From Candidatus Staskawiczbacteria bacterium (lineage in GTDB: Bacteria; Patescibacteriota; Minisyncoccia; Minisyncoccales; Staskawiczbacteraceae), in NCBI GenBank assembly GCA_903831095.1, contig CAIKWD010000021.1, forward strand, positions 1,518-65,517: a stretch of DNA of 64,000 bases. The letters run 5' to 3'. Under the pieces are notes generated by a model, which was given only the letters and a program-made list of their open reading frames with translations, made no database searches and was not told the origin of the DNA. Shown piece by piece: positions 39,562 through 49,959 of the stretch. How positions within the stretch are numbered: position 1 is the stretch's first letter; each line of letters begins with the position of its first letter. The position numbers were made by a program, and so were the translations under genes.

Positions 39562-41223
39562 ATGGATCAAAAAACATGCAAGTGTCAAAGTTGCAAGCAA
39601 AATTTTACTATTGAGCCTGATGATTTTGAGTTTTACCAAAAAATAGATTTGCCTTCGCCAACAATGTGTCCTGTCTGCCGTTTCAAGTACCTTCTGGCTT
39701 TCTGGGTTTTTGGAAGGTTTAGAATTACCAAGTCTGCCTTGAGTGGGAAAACAATTATCACAGTTATCCCTGAGTCAGCTCCTTTTCCTATTTATGAAAG
39801 AAGCGAATTTGTATCTGATGCCTGGGACCCGCTGACATATGGCAGAGACTATGATTCGACACGTTCATTTATAGAACAGCTGGTTGAGCTTCAGTCTGTT
39901 GTGCCTCATCCTCATCAGTGTGGAATTAAAAATACCAATTCAGAATGGGCTGATGATGTTTGGGAGTCTAAAGATGCATATTTAACGCGTTCGGCCTTGT
40001 ATCTTGATTCTGTTAGCTATGGATATAGAGTAATAAATTGCAAAAACTGCATTGATATAACTTATTCCTTTGATTTGGAGCGTTCATATGACTGCTTGTT
40101 TTGTTTTAAAAGCTATAACTTAAATTATTCTTTCAATTGCCGAGACTGCATGGATAGTTATTTCTTGTATGACTGCAGAAACTGCCAGAATTGCTTTATG
40201 TCCTGGAATTTGCGAAATCAAAAATACTGTATTTTAAATCAGCAGTATTCCAAAGAAGATTATTTTGAAAAAATTAAAGAATACAATCTTGATTCACGTT
40301 CTTCAATTGAAGCTTTGAAAAAAGAAATGTGGCAGCATATTCAAAAGGATGCTGTAAATAGACAAGACTACAATCTTCAGGCAGTACAATCTACCGGAAA
40401 CTTCCTGACAAACGACAAAAATTGCCATGTTTGTTATTTTACCGAAGAGTCAGAAAATTGCCGTTATATTTTTAGGGGTTTTAAAAGTAAAGAAACTATT
40501 GATTCAGTGGGAGCTCTTGAGTGTGAAAAAAGCGCGCTAGGAATACAAGATCAAGTTTCATATAATAACTTGTGCAATCTTTATACTACTAATTGCAGAT
40601 ACAGCGCTTACTTGGATAATTGTGAAGAAACAGAATATTGTTTTGGATGTGTAGGATTACGAAAACAGAAATACTGTATTTTGAATAAACAATACTCTAA
40701 AGAAGAATATGAAGGTTTGGTTGAGAAAATTAAAAAAGATATGAAAGAAAGAGGTGAGTGGGGAAAGCTTTTACCACTTTCAGCTGCATATTGCGGATAC
40801 AATCTTTCTTTAGCCCAGATGATGTATCCAATGACAAAAGATGAAGTCGTTGAGTTTGGTGCTAAATGGGAAGAAACTGTTGAACCAAAATACGAAAATA
40901 TTATCAATGGAGATGATCTGCCGGACACTATTGGAAAAGTCAGTGATGACATTACCAAACAGCGTATTCTTTGCCCTGAGACAAAACTCAGCTATAACAT
41001 AACAAAAGAAGAACTGGCATTTTATCGCGAGCACAATATTCCACTTCCAAGAAGGCATTTTGACTGGAGAACCTTGGACCGTTTTAAGCCATTTAGTTTG
41101 ATGATAACGCCCCAGAAAGGAACATGTTATTACTGTAAAAAAGAGATTGAACATTATTACAGCCCTGAGCTTGGATTTCAGAAAATAGCTTGTTTGGAAT
41201 GTTATCAGCGAGAGGTTGCTTAA
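39562..41223 (+). CDS. Cys-rich multi-zinc-ribbon protein, paralog 5 (most divergent)
   Basis: Same architecture; third finger CPET...RRHFDWR has lost Cys; ends CLECYQREVA. Confidence 0.9.
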   Translation: MDQKTCKCQSCKQNFTIEPDDFEFYQKIDLPSPTMCPVCRFKYLLAFWVFGRFRITKSALSGKTIITVIPESAPFPIYERSEFVSDAWDPLTYGRDYDSTRSFIEQLVELQSVVPHPHQCGIKNTNSEWADDVWESKDAYLTRSALYLDSVSYGYRVINCKNCIDITYSFDLERSYDCLFCFKSYNLNYSFNCRDCMDSYFLYDCRNCQNCFMSWNLRNQKYCILNQQYSKEDYFEKIKEYNLDSRSSIEALKKEMWQHIQKDAVNRQDYNLQAVQSTGNFLTNDKNCHVCYFTEESENCRYIFRGFKSKETIDSVGALECEKSALGIQDQVSYNNLCNLYTTNCRYSAYLDNCEETEYCFGCVGLRKQKYCILNKQYSKEEYEGLVEKIKKDMKERGEWGKLLPLSAAYCGYNLSLAQMMYPMTKDEVVEFGAKWEETVEPKYENIINGDDLPDTIGKVSDDITKQRILCPETKLSYNITKEELAFYREHNIPLPRRHFDWRTLDRFKPFSLMITPQKGTCYYCKKEIEHYYSPELGFQKIACLECYQREVA

Positions 41224-41226
41224 ATT

Positions 41227-42978
41227 ATGAATAAAGAAACAAAACAATGTCAGAGTTGTAAGAAGGACTTTACTATAGAGTCTGATGATTTTGAGTTTTA
41301 TGAGAAGATGAAAGTACCGGCGCCGACATTTTGCCCGGAATGCAGAATGCAGAGGCGATTAATATGGCGAAACGAACGGACTTTGTATAAAAGAAAATGT
41401 GATGCGCCTGGCCATACTGAAGATCTTATCTCAATGTATGCACCTGAGCATACTTTTCCAGTATATGATCATGAATTTTGGTACAGCGACAAATGGGATG
41501 CTTTGGATTATGGAAAAGATTTCGATTTTACTAAACCATTTTTTAAACAATTTGAGGAACTTTTTCTTACTGTACCACATGTCGCACTTTTTGACAGTAA
41601 GTCGGTTAATTCCAGTTATTGCAATATTGTTGTAGAACATAAGAATTGCTATCTTGTCAGTGCTGGATGGGGAAATGAGGATTCTATGTACAGTAATAGG
41701 ATTGCTAATTGTAAAAATACTTTTGATTCCTATGTTTGTCATAGGACTGAGTTTGGTTATGAAAACGTTTATTGTCGGGAATCAAATTTGCTGAGATTCA
41801 GTCTTAGAAGCGAGGGTTGTGTTGATTCATATTTTCTTTATGATTGCAGAAATTGTTCTAATTGCATTTGTTGTTCAAACTTAAGGAATAAAAGCTACTG
41901 CATTTTCAACGAGCAATACACCAAAGAAGAATATGCAAAAAAATTGGCAGATTTAAATCTTGGAAGTTATAAGTCTTTTCAAGCGCTGGCAGAAAAATTT
42001 GAGGAGATGAAATTAAAAGCTATTAATAAATTTGCTTATCTCTTAAATACCCAGAATGTTATTGGGGACAATGTTTATAATTCCCGAAATTGCTATTATT
42101 GTTTTGATTTGGAAGGAGATGCTGAAAATGTTAAATATTCCAATTGGGGCACTTTGTCTCTTCGTGATTCCCATGATACTGGTCCTGGCACCAGCGGCAA
42201 TTCTGAATTGATTTATGAAGGCATAAGTATTGGAGTTAAGAACGCACGTTGTAAGTTTGGGGTGATTGTTTGGTATTCTCATGATATGCAATATTGCTAT
42301 AATTGCCAGGATTCTCATGATCTTTTTGGATGCGTTGGCCTGCGAAAAAAACAATACTGCATTTTAGATAAACAGTATACAAAAGAAGAATATGAGGCTC
42401 TTGTGCCAAAGATCGTTTCGCATATGAATGAGATGCCATATGTAGATAAAAAGGATAGAGTTTATAAATATGGAGAATTTTTTCCAGCAGAATTATCTCC
42501 ATTTGCCTATAACGAGACAGTAGTCCAGGATTATATGCCCCTTACTGAAAAAGATGCTTTGGACAAAGGTTTTGAGTGGAGGCCAATTGATAATAGAAAT
42601 TACAAAACAACTATTTCCTGGCAAAATTTGCCTGACACAATTAAAGAAACTCCTGATTCTATTATTGACGAAGTTATTAGCTGTGCCCATGAAGGCAAAT
42701 GCAATGAACAATGTACAGGCGCTTTTAAAATTGTGAAAGAAGAACTTAATTTTTATAAGAGGATGAATTTACCTATTCCAAGGCTTTGTCATAATTGCAG
42801 ACATTATGGGCGAGTAAAGCAGAGAAACCCAATGAAATTATGGCATCGCCAGTGCATGTGCGATAAATTAGGTCATGATCATACTGACAGGTGTACAAAC
42901 GAATTTGAAACCAGTTATGCGCCGGATAGGCCGGAGACAGTTTATTGCGAACAGTGCTATAATAGTGAAATTGCTTAA
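41227..42978 (+). CDS. Cys-rich multi-zinc-ribbon protein, paralog 6
   Basis: Same architecture; His-rich insert in last finger; ends CEQCYNSEIA. Confidence 0.9.
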   Translation: MNKETKQCQSCKKDFTIESDDFEFYEKMKVPAPTFCPECRMQRRLIWRNERTLYKRKCDAPGHTEDLISMYAPEHTFPVYDHEFWYSDKWDALDYGKDFDFTKPFFKQFEELFLTVPHVALFDSKSVNSSYCNIVVEHKNCYLVSAGWGNEDSMYSNRIANCKNTFDSYVCHRTEFGYENVYCRESNLLRFSLRSEGCVDSYFLYDCRNCSNCICCSNLRNKSYCIFNEQYTKEEYAKKLADLNLGSYKSFQALAEKFEEMKLKAINKFAYLLNTQNVIGDNVYNSRNCYYCFDLEGDAENVKYSNWGTLSLRDSHDTGPGTSGNSELIYEGISIGVKNARCKFGVIVWYSHDMQYCYNCQDSHDLFGCVGLRKKQYCILDKQYTKEEYEALVPKIVSHMNEMPYVDKKDRVYKYGEFFPAELSPFAYNETVVQDYMPLTEKDALDKGFEWRPIDNRNYKTTISWQNLPDTIKETPDSIIDEVISCAHEGKCNEQCTGAFKIVKEELNFYKRMNLPIPRLCHNCRHYGRVKQRNPMKLWHRQCMCDKLGHDHTDRCTNEFETSYAPDRPETVYCEQCYNSEIA

Positions 42979-42981
42979 ATT

Positions 42982-44700
42982 ATGAATCAAGAAATAAAAG
43001 TTTGTCAGAATTGCAAAAAGGACTTTACTATAGAGCCTGATGATTTTGATTTCTACAAGAAAATAAATGTACCAGCTCCAACTTTTTGTCCGGACTGCAG
43101 AATGCAACGCAGGTTTTCCTGGCGAAATGAGTGGAGATTGTTTAGAAAAAAAGATGTCCATGGAAAGGAAATTTTTTCCATGGTAAGTGAATCTTCTCCG
43201 GTAAAAATAATGGAAATGGCAGAATGGTATTCTGATTCATGGGACCCAATGGATTATGGACAGGACTATGACTTTTCACAGCCATTTTTTAAACAGTTTG
43301 GTAAATTAATGAGCCAGGTTCCTCTTATGTCTAGGAATCTTATCAGAGCTGTAAACAGCGACTACTGTTCTAATGCCACCCAACCTAAAGATTGTTACTT
43401 AACATTTAGTTTGTCTTACGTGGAAAATTCAGCATATTCAATTTGGGGCGGAAAATCAAAGGATATTTTTGACTGTTATATGTATAACGAGTCCGAGCTT
43501 TGTTATGACTGCGTGAATATGAGTAAATGTTATAATGCCTCTTATTCTATAGATTGTGACAATTGCAATGACATCATGTTTTGCAAAAGCTGTGTTGGGT
43601 GCAACAACTGTTTTGGAAGCGCTAATTTAAAAAACAAAGCATATTACATTTTTAACGAACAATACACCAAGGAAGAATACGCAAAGAAATTGGAGGAGTT
43701 TAAGACAAATTTTAGGTCAAATGTTGAAGCTATCAGGGAAAAAAGTATAAAGCATTGGCAAAATTTTCCCAATAAGTTCATCCATGGACGACACAACACC
43801 AATGTTTCGGGAGATTATATATTGGAATCTAAGGATGCTAAAAATTGTTGGAGAATAATTGGAGGAGAAAATTTGAAATACTGCCAAAATTTTACTTTGG
43901 GTCCGGTAAAAGATTCTTACGACCAAAGCAATTTTGGAGACAATTCAGAATTGGTTTATGATTCTTTGGTAGTTGGGAACGGAGCCTATAATGTAAAATT
44001 TTCATGTCAAAGCTATCCTTCAATAACTGACCTACACTATTGTTTTCAGTGCCAAAATTCGTCACATTTATTTGGGTGTATCAGCTTGAGAAACAAGCAA
44101 TATTGTATTTTAAACAAACAATATACAAAAGAAGAATATGAAGAATTAGTGCCCAAAATTATTGCGCACATGAATGAAATGCCTTATGTAGACCAAAAGG
44201 GAATAATTTATAGGTATGGAGAATTCTTTCCAGCGGATATGAGTCCTATGGCTTATAACGAATCGCTTGCTAATGATTTTTTTCCAATGACCAAAAAAGA
44301 GGCAGAAGAACAAGGACTTGCTTGGCGTGAGCAAAGTAAAAGAGAATACAATGCCACAAAGTCTGCGCTTGAGCTTCCAGACAATATTGAAGATGTAGAT
44401 GACAGCATTTTAAAGGAGGTTATAAGTTGTCCACATGAGGGCAAATGCAGTCATGACTGTGTTGGAGTATTCAAAATTACTAATCAGGAATTACAATTTT
44501 ATAGAAAACTTGGCATACCCTTGCCACGGATTTGCCAAAACTGCAGGCATTATGCGAGGTTTGCCTGGAGAAATCCGCCAAAGCTTTACCACAGGAGCTG
44601 CATGAAGCCTGGATGTAAAAATGAGTTTGAGACAAGTTATGCTCCAGACAGGCCTGAAATTGTTTACTGCGAGCAATGTTATAACGAGGAAGTGGCATAA
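42982..44700 (+). CDS. Cys-rich multi-zinc-ribbon protein, paralog 7
   Basis: Same architecture; ends CEQCYNEEVA. Confidence 0.9.
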   Translation: MNQEIKVCQNCKKDFTIEPDDFDFYKKINVPAPTFCPDCRMQRRFSWRNEWRLFRKKDVHGKEIFSMVSESSPVKIMEMAEWYSDSWDPMDYGQDYDFSQPFFKQFGKLMSQVPLMSRNLIRAVNSDYCSNATQPKDCYLTFSLSYVENSAYSIWGGKSKDIFDCYMYNESELCYDCVNMSKCYNASYSIDCDNCNDIMFCKSCVGCNNCFGSANLKNKAYYIFNEQYTKEEYAKKLEEFKTNFRSNVEAIREKSIKHWQNFPNKFIHGRHNTNVSGDYILESKDAKNCWRIIGGENLKYCQNFTLGPVKDSYDQSNFGDNSELVYDSLVVGNGAYNVKFSCQSYPSITDLHYCFQCQNSSHLFGCISLRNKQYCILNKQYTKEEYEELVPKIIAHMNEMPYVDQKGIIYRYGEFFPADMSPMAYNESLANDFFPMTKKEAEEQGLAWREQSKREYNATKSALELPDNIEDVDDSILKEVISCPHEGKCSHDCVGVFKITNQELQFYRKLGIPLPRICQNCRHYARFAWRNPPKLYHRSCMKPGCKNEFETSYAPDRPEIVYCEQCYNEEVA

Positions 44701-44744
44701 AAATAACATATAACCGATTAAATTGGTCGGTTATGCGGTTAAAA
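44701..44744. repeat. Intergenic repeat with 25-bp palindrome, copy 1
   Basis: ATAACCGATTAAATTGGTCGGTTAT (44710-44734); second copy at 49909-49952. Confidence 0.75.
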
Positions 44745-44750
44745 TAAAAT

Positions 44751-46412
44751 ATGCATAATTTAGAAAATAAAGTTTGTCAGAGTTGCAAGAAAGACTTTGT
44801 GATAGAGCCTGATGATTTTATTTTCTATGAAAAAAATAAATTGCCTGTGCCTGTTTGGTGCCCAGAATGTCGGCAGAGAGACAGGATTTTGATAAGAAAT
44901 TTTAAGACGCTTTATAAAAGGAATTCCGACAAGTCTGGCAAGTCTATAATTTCCATGTATTCTGCAAAGGCACCGTTTCCCGTTTGGAGTCATGAAGAGT
45001 GGTGGTCTGACGACTGGGATGCAAAAACATACGGACGAGATGTTGATTTTTCAAAGCCAATTTTCTCGCAAATTAAATCACTATGGGATGCAGTTCCCAG
45101 ATATGCAGTTATAAATACAAGAAGCGAAAATTGTATTTATTCAAATGGCGTGCTCAATGCCAAGAACTGTTATTTTGTTTTTGGATGCGTTGATGCTGAG
45201 GAATGCGCTTATGGCCATATTGTGTGGAATTCAAAGGACTGCGTAGACGGTCTGTATGTTTTCAAGTCGGAATTTTGTTATGAGTGTGTGGATGTTTTGG
45301 GCTCTTACAATGTTTTGTATTCTCAGGAGTGCGAGGACTGCAATAATTGTATTGGACTTTTTGACTGTAAGGGATGCTCAAATTGTATTGGGTGTGTTGG
45401 CTTGAGGCAGAAATCAAATTATATTTTCAACAAACCAGTGGAAAAAATTGAAATTGATGAATTTCTAAAGGAGCATCCTTTGCATGATCTAAAAAAAATT
45501 TCCATGATCTTGGAAAAGCAGGAAGAATTGCGCAAGAAAATTCCACAGAGATTCTTTTTTGGATCTCACAATACCAATGTTTCTGGAAACCATATTTACA
45601 ACGCCAAAAATGTCCATTATGCGTTTGACGTCAAAAGCGGAGAGGATTCAAAATATATTTTTACTTGTAGGCAAGCAATTGATTCTTATGACATATCTTT
45701 TACTGCTGACATTGAACTGGGATATCAAAATGCCCACTGTGTTGGGCGAAACATAATGGGTTCACACGTATGCGTGAATTGTACTGATACATATTATTCG
45801 GACAATTGTACAAATTGCCATAATATTTTTGGGTGCGAGGGTTTAAAAAGTGCGGAATACTGCATCTTGAACAGGCAATGTACAAAGGAAGAGTATGAGA
45901 AAATGTTGCCTAAATTGATAGATCATATGCGTCAAACTGGCGAATGGGGATGGTATTATCCAAAACAAATGCTTCCTTTTGCGTACAATGAGTCAATTGT
46001 CAACGAATACTTTCCAATGACAAAAGAGGAGGCGCTTATTAGCGGTTATAGATGGGAAGATGACATTCCTCGTACCAAAGGTCAAACAACAATAAAATAT
46101 GAGGAGCTTCCTAAAAATCCTGAATTGTTTTCTAACGATCTCGTCAATCATGTATTGGAGTGTGGTAAATGCAAGTCTAACTATCGTTTAACTACCCAGG
46201 AAATTATGTTTTATAAGAGGTTTAAAGTTGCTATTCCAGGAGAGTGTTTCAATTGCCGCCATGAGAGAAGGATGAAGTCTCGCAATGTTCGCGTGCTTTT
46301 TCCTGGCAATTGTGCAAAGTGTAATGCGGAATTTAAAACTTCTTATAATTCAAACCAGCAAAAGCAATATAAAATTTACTGCGAGCAATGTTATCAGCAG
46401 GAAATGGTATAA
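44751..46412 (+). CDS. Cys-rich multi-zinc-ribbon protein, paralog 8
   Basis: Same architecture; ends CEQCYQQEMV. Confidence 0.9.
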   Translation: MHNLENKVCQSCKKDFVIEPDDFIFYEKNKLPVPVWCPECRQRDRILIRNFKTLYKRNSDKSGKSIISMYSAKAPFPVWSHEEWWSDDWDAKTYGRDVDFSKPIFSQIKSLWDAVPRYAVINTRSENCIYSNGVLNAKNCYFVFGCVDAEECAYGHIVWNSKDCVDGLYVFKSEFCYECVDVLGSYNVLYSQECEDCNNCIGLFDCKGCSNCIGCVGLRQKSNYIFNKPVEKIEIDEFLKEHPLHDLKKISMILEKQEELRKKIPQRFFFGSHNTNVSGNHIYNAKNVHYAFDVKSGEDSKYIFTCRQAIDSYDISFTADIELGYQNAHCVGRNIMGSHVCVNCTDTYYSDNCTNCHNIFGCEGLKSAEYCILNRQCTKEEYEKMLPKLIDHMRQTGEWGWYYPKQMLPFAYNESIVNEYFPMTKEEALISGYRWEDDIPRTKGQTTIKYEELPKNPELFSNDLVNHVLECGKCKSNYRLTTQEIMFYKRFKVAIPGECFNCRHERRMKSRNVRVLFPGNCAKCNAEFKTSYNSNQQKQYKIYCEQCYQQEMV

Positions 46413-46422
46413 TTATAAAAAT

Positions 46423-48087
46423 ATGCAAATCGAAACAAAACAATGCCAAAGCTGTAAGAAGGACTTTAATATAGAGCCTGATGATTTTGCGTTCTATGAA
46501 AAAATGGGCGTGCAACCACCAGTTTCTTGCCCAGACTGCAGATTTAAAATAAGAGCTCAATTTAGAAATGAGACGACTTTGTATTCCAGAAAGTGCGATT
46601 TGTGCGAGCGCGCCATTGTTTCTATGTATAACCCCAGCTCTCCTTATACGGTTTACTGTGAAGAGTGCTACAGATCAGACAATTGGGATCCTTTTTCTTA
46701 TGGTCAGGATTACAATCCCAACAAGCTATTTTTTGAACAGCTGGGAGAATTATTCAAGCGAGTTCCCAAAATGGCAATTTTTTCAGACCACAGCAGGCCA
46801 AGCATAAACAGCGAATATATAAATTATTCCGGAGGAAACAAAAATTGCTATTTGCTTTTTAATGGGGGAGATTCGGAAAATTCCATGTATTCCAGGGGTA
46901 CTAGGTTTTTGAAAGACACTTCGGACATTTATTTTGGTCAAAAGCTGGAGCGATGCTACCAAGGGATAAATGTGAACCAGTCAAATGGAGTGAGGTTTGG
47001 CAAGAATGTTACCGGAAGCGTGGACTCGGATTTTTTATATGACTCGGTCAATGCGCAGGATTGCTTTGGATGCGTGAACTTGAGGCACAAAAATAATTAT
47101 TTTTTAAATGAACCATTAAACAAAGAAACTTATAAAAATAAAACAGAAAATATTAGGGGAAGTTATTCTAAAACCAAAGATTTTTTAGAACAGTTTAAAA
47201 AGTTTAGTTTGAAATTTCCAAGGCGTGAGAATAATAATTTGAAAACCACAGACTGCTCGGGAGACTATATTTTTGAATCGAAGAACTGCCACAATTGTTT
47301 TGAAACAGCTGTTTGCGAAAACTGCAAGTACGGATTTTTCATTAAGAATTCAAAAGACTGCTATGATGTGACAGGTTATGGCTACAGCGCCGAACTTTTG
47401 CTTGAATGCGCTGGAGTTGGGTTTTCACAAAATGTTATTGGGACTTTTTGGGCTGAGAGTTCACACGACATTGAATATTGCTTTAGTATGTTTACTAGCG
47501 AATATTGTTTGGGATGCAGTGACTTAAACCATGCGCAATATGCGATTTTAAACAAAAAATACACAAAAGAGGAGTTTGAATCGCTAAGGCAACAAATTTT
47601 GAATGAATTAAAGCTCAAAGGTATTTATGGTTCTTTTATGCCGCCTGCTATTGCGCCATTTAGTTATAATGAGACAATTGCTCAAGATTACATGCCACTT
47701 TCAAAGGGAGAGGCCGTAGCTCAAGGTTACACTTGGCAAGACAACCTTCAAATAACAAAAGGCAGGGAAACCGTGAAATCGGAAAATATTCCTGACAACA
47801 TCAAGGACGTGCCCGATTCAATTGAGAAAGAAATTTTGGTTTGCATTAGTTGTGGGAGAAACTATCGAATTATAAAACAGGAGTTGGAATTTTATCGCAA
47901 GGAAAATCTTCCAATCCCGCGGGAATGTTTTTATTGCAGACATAAGCAAAGAGTGAAGGAATCCGGCGGGCTTAAATTTTATGAAAGAAAGTGTGACAAA
48001 TGTAGCAAACAAATTAAAACAACATATGCCCCAAATTGCCCAGAAATTGTTTACTGTGAAGAATGTTATCAGCAGGAAGTGATATAA
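46423..48087 (+). CDS. Cys-rich multi-zinc-ribbon protein, paralog 9
   Basis: Start at ATG 46423 (MQIETKQCQSC) by alignment; intact internal CDLC-x17-CEEC. Confidence 0.9.
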   Translation: MQIETKQCQSCKKDFNIEPDDFAFYEKMGVQPPVSCPDCRFKIRAQFRNETTLYSRKCDLCERAIVSMYNPSSPYTVYCEECYRSDNWDPFSYGQDYNPNKLFFEQLGELFKRVPKMAIFSDHSRPSINSEYINYSGGNKNCYLLFNGGDSENSMYSRGTRFLKDTSDIYFGQKLERCYQGINVNQSNGVRFGKNVTGSVDSDFLYDSVNAQDCFGCVNLRHKNNYFLNEPLNKETYKNKTENIRGSYSKTKDFLEQFKKFSLKFPRRENNNLKTTDCSGDYIFESKNCHNCFETAVCENCKYGFFIKNSKDCYDVTGYGYSAELLLECAGVGFSQNVIGTFWAESSHDIEYCFSMFTSEYCLGCSDLNHAQYAILNKKYTKEEFESLRQQILNELKLKGIYGSFMPPAIAPFSYNETIAQDYMPLSKGEAVAQGYTWQDNLQITKGRETVKSENIPDNIKDVPDSIEKEILVCISCGRNYRIIKQELEFYRKENLPIPRECFYCRHKQRVKESGGLKFYERKCDKCSKQIKTTYAPNCPEIVYCEECYQQEVI

Positions 48088-48099
48088 TAAACAAAAAAT

Positions 48100-49908
48100 A
48101 TGAACCAAGAAACCCTTCGACCTGGCTCAGGGCAGGTCAAACAATGCCAAAGTTGTAAAAAAGACTTTACCATAGAGTCGGAAGATTTTGATTTTTACGA
48201 GAAGATGAAAGTGCCCTCGCCAACTTGGTGCCCAGACTGCAGACTGCAAAGGCGAATGGTTACCCGTAACGAGCACTTTTTGTACAAGACAAAATGCGCA
48301 AGAACCGGGAAGACAATATTCAGCATGTATCCTGTCACTGCCAAACTGAATGTTTGGGATGTTAATGAATGGACAAAAGATGATTGGAACCAGGAAGAAT
48401 TTGGGAAAGATTATGACTTTTCACGGCCATTTTTTGAGCAGTTTAAGGAATTGTTGCAGATTACTCCTGTTCCGTGCAAGTCGGTAACTCAGCTTGTAAA
48501 CAGCGATTACAGCAACAACAGTAGTTATTTGAAAGACTGCTATTTGAGTTTTGGAGTGACTCATGGTGAAAATCTTTTGTACTGCGAAAACATAACCGGT
48601 TCTAAAGATTGTGTAGACTCATCATTTATTTTGAACGGAGAACTTTCTTATGATTGTTTTTTTAATTTAAAGTGCGCGAGGGCTTTTTATTCCTCATACT
48701 GCACAGACTGCCACAGCATTTATTTTTGCCGAGAGTGCTTGGGATGCACTGATTGTTTTGGTTGTTTTGGACTTCGCAATAAGTCTTTTTATATTTTCAA
48801 CGAGCCATATTTAAAAGAAGAATACCATAAAAAACTGGAGGAATTTAAATTGTCTTCGCGCAAATCTGTTGAGGAAATGAAGAAAAAAGCCGGTGAATTT
48901 TGGCTGAGGCATCCGGTAAAATATGTCAGGAGCTATAAAAATGAAAACTGCTTGGGCGAATACCTAACCAATTCCAAGAATGTTCAGAAAAGTTATTATG
49001 TAAATGGAGGAGAAAATTTGAAATACTGCCATTCGCTGTACAATGCTCCTGCCAAGGATTCTTATGACCATTACAGATATGGGCTGAATTCCGAGCTCAT
49101 ATATGACTGCTCGTCTTGTGGAGACCAGATTTCAAATTTGAAATTTTCTTACGGGTGTTTTAATAATTGCCGAAATATAGAATATTGTTTTTATTGCCAG
49201 AGGTCTTCAAATTTGTTTGGATGCGCCGGATTGTATGGAAAGGAATATCACATTTTTAACAAACAATACACTAAGGAAGAATATGAAGAGTTGGTGCCAA
49301 AAATTAGAGAGCAAATGAGTAAAATGACATACACTGACAAGAAGGGGAGAGTTTTTGCCTACGGAGAATATTTTCCGCCGGAAATAAGTCCGCTTGCATA
49401 CAATGAAAGCATTGCCTATGAATATTTTCCTTTGACTAAGGAAGGTGCAGAAGAATATGGTATGAGCTGGAGTGAAATTGCGGAAAAAAATTATGCTTCA
49501 ACAATTAAGTTTGAAAATATTCCTGATTTGCTGGAAGATGTTGCAGACTCCATAACAGGCGAAGTGTTAGAATGCGCTCACCACGACAAGAAGTGTAGCC
49601 ACCAATGTACAACTGCCTTTAAGATAATTCCCCAGGAGCTGGCTTTTTATAAACGGTTTAATATACCGCTTCCAAAGCTTTGCCCAAACTGTCGATATTT
49701 TGAGAGAATTTCTGTACGCGCACCAATTAAATTGTGGAAGTGCAAATGCAATTGTGCTGGAACAAAATCGGAAAATGGAATTTATACAAACCTTGCCAAA
49801 CATCAGCATGGAGATGAAAAATGCGTAAATGAGTTTGAGACAAGCTATGCGCCAGAAAGGCCAGAGATAGTTTATTGTGAAAGCTGTTATCAGCAAGAAG
49901 TAGCATAA
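48100..49908 (+). CDS. Cys-rich multi-zinc-ribbon protein, paralog 10
   Basis: Same architecture; 8-aa N-terminal insert LRPGSGQV; ends CESCYQQEVA. Confidence 0.9.
   Translation: MNQETLRPGSGQVKQCQSCKKDFTIESEDFDFYEKMKVPSPTWCPDCRLQRRMVTRNEHFLYKTKCARTGKTIFSMYPVTAKLNVWDVNEWTKDDWNQEEFGKDYDFSRPFFEQFKELLQITPVPCKSVTQLVNSDYSNNSSYLKDCYLSFGVTHGENLLYCENITGSKDCVDSSFILNGELSYDCFFNLKCARAFYSSYCTDCHSIYFCRECLGCTDCFGCFGLRNKSFYIFNEPYLKEEYHKKLEEFKLSSRKSVEEMKKKAGEFWLRHPVKYVRSYKNENCLGEYLTNSKNVQKSYYVNGGENLKYCHSLYNAPAKDSYDHYRYGLNSELIYDCSSCGDQISNLKFSYGCFNNCRNIEYCFYCQRSSNLFGCAGLYGKEYHIFNKQYTKEEYEELVPKIREQMSKMTYTDKKGRVFAYGEYFPPEISPLAYNESIAYEYFPLTKEGAEEYGMSWSEIAEKNYASTIKFENIPDLLEDVADSITGEVLECAHHDKKCSHQCTTAFKIIPQELAFYKRFNIPLPKLCPNCRYFERISVRAPIKLWKCKCNCAGTKSENGIYTNLAKHQHGDEKCVNEFETSYAPERPEIVYCESCYQQEVA
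48115..48138. repeat. 24-nt in-frame miniature repeat insertion
   Basis: CTTCGACCTGGCTCAGGGCAGGTC; reverse complement closely matches 36208-36232. Confidence 0.75.
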
Positions 49909-49952
49909 AAATAATATATAACAGACTAAATTAGTCGGTTATGTGGTTAAAA
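49909..49952. repeat. Intergenic repeat with 25-bp palindrome, copy 2
   Basis: ATAACAGACTAAATTAGTCGGTTAT (49918-49942). Confidence 0.75.
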
Positions 49953-49959
49953 AAATATT

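Noticed and set aside
46285..46422. N-terminal extension of paralog 9
   Set aside because: Overlaps paralog 8; alignment supports ATG 46423
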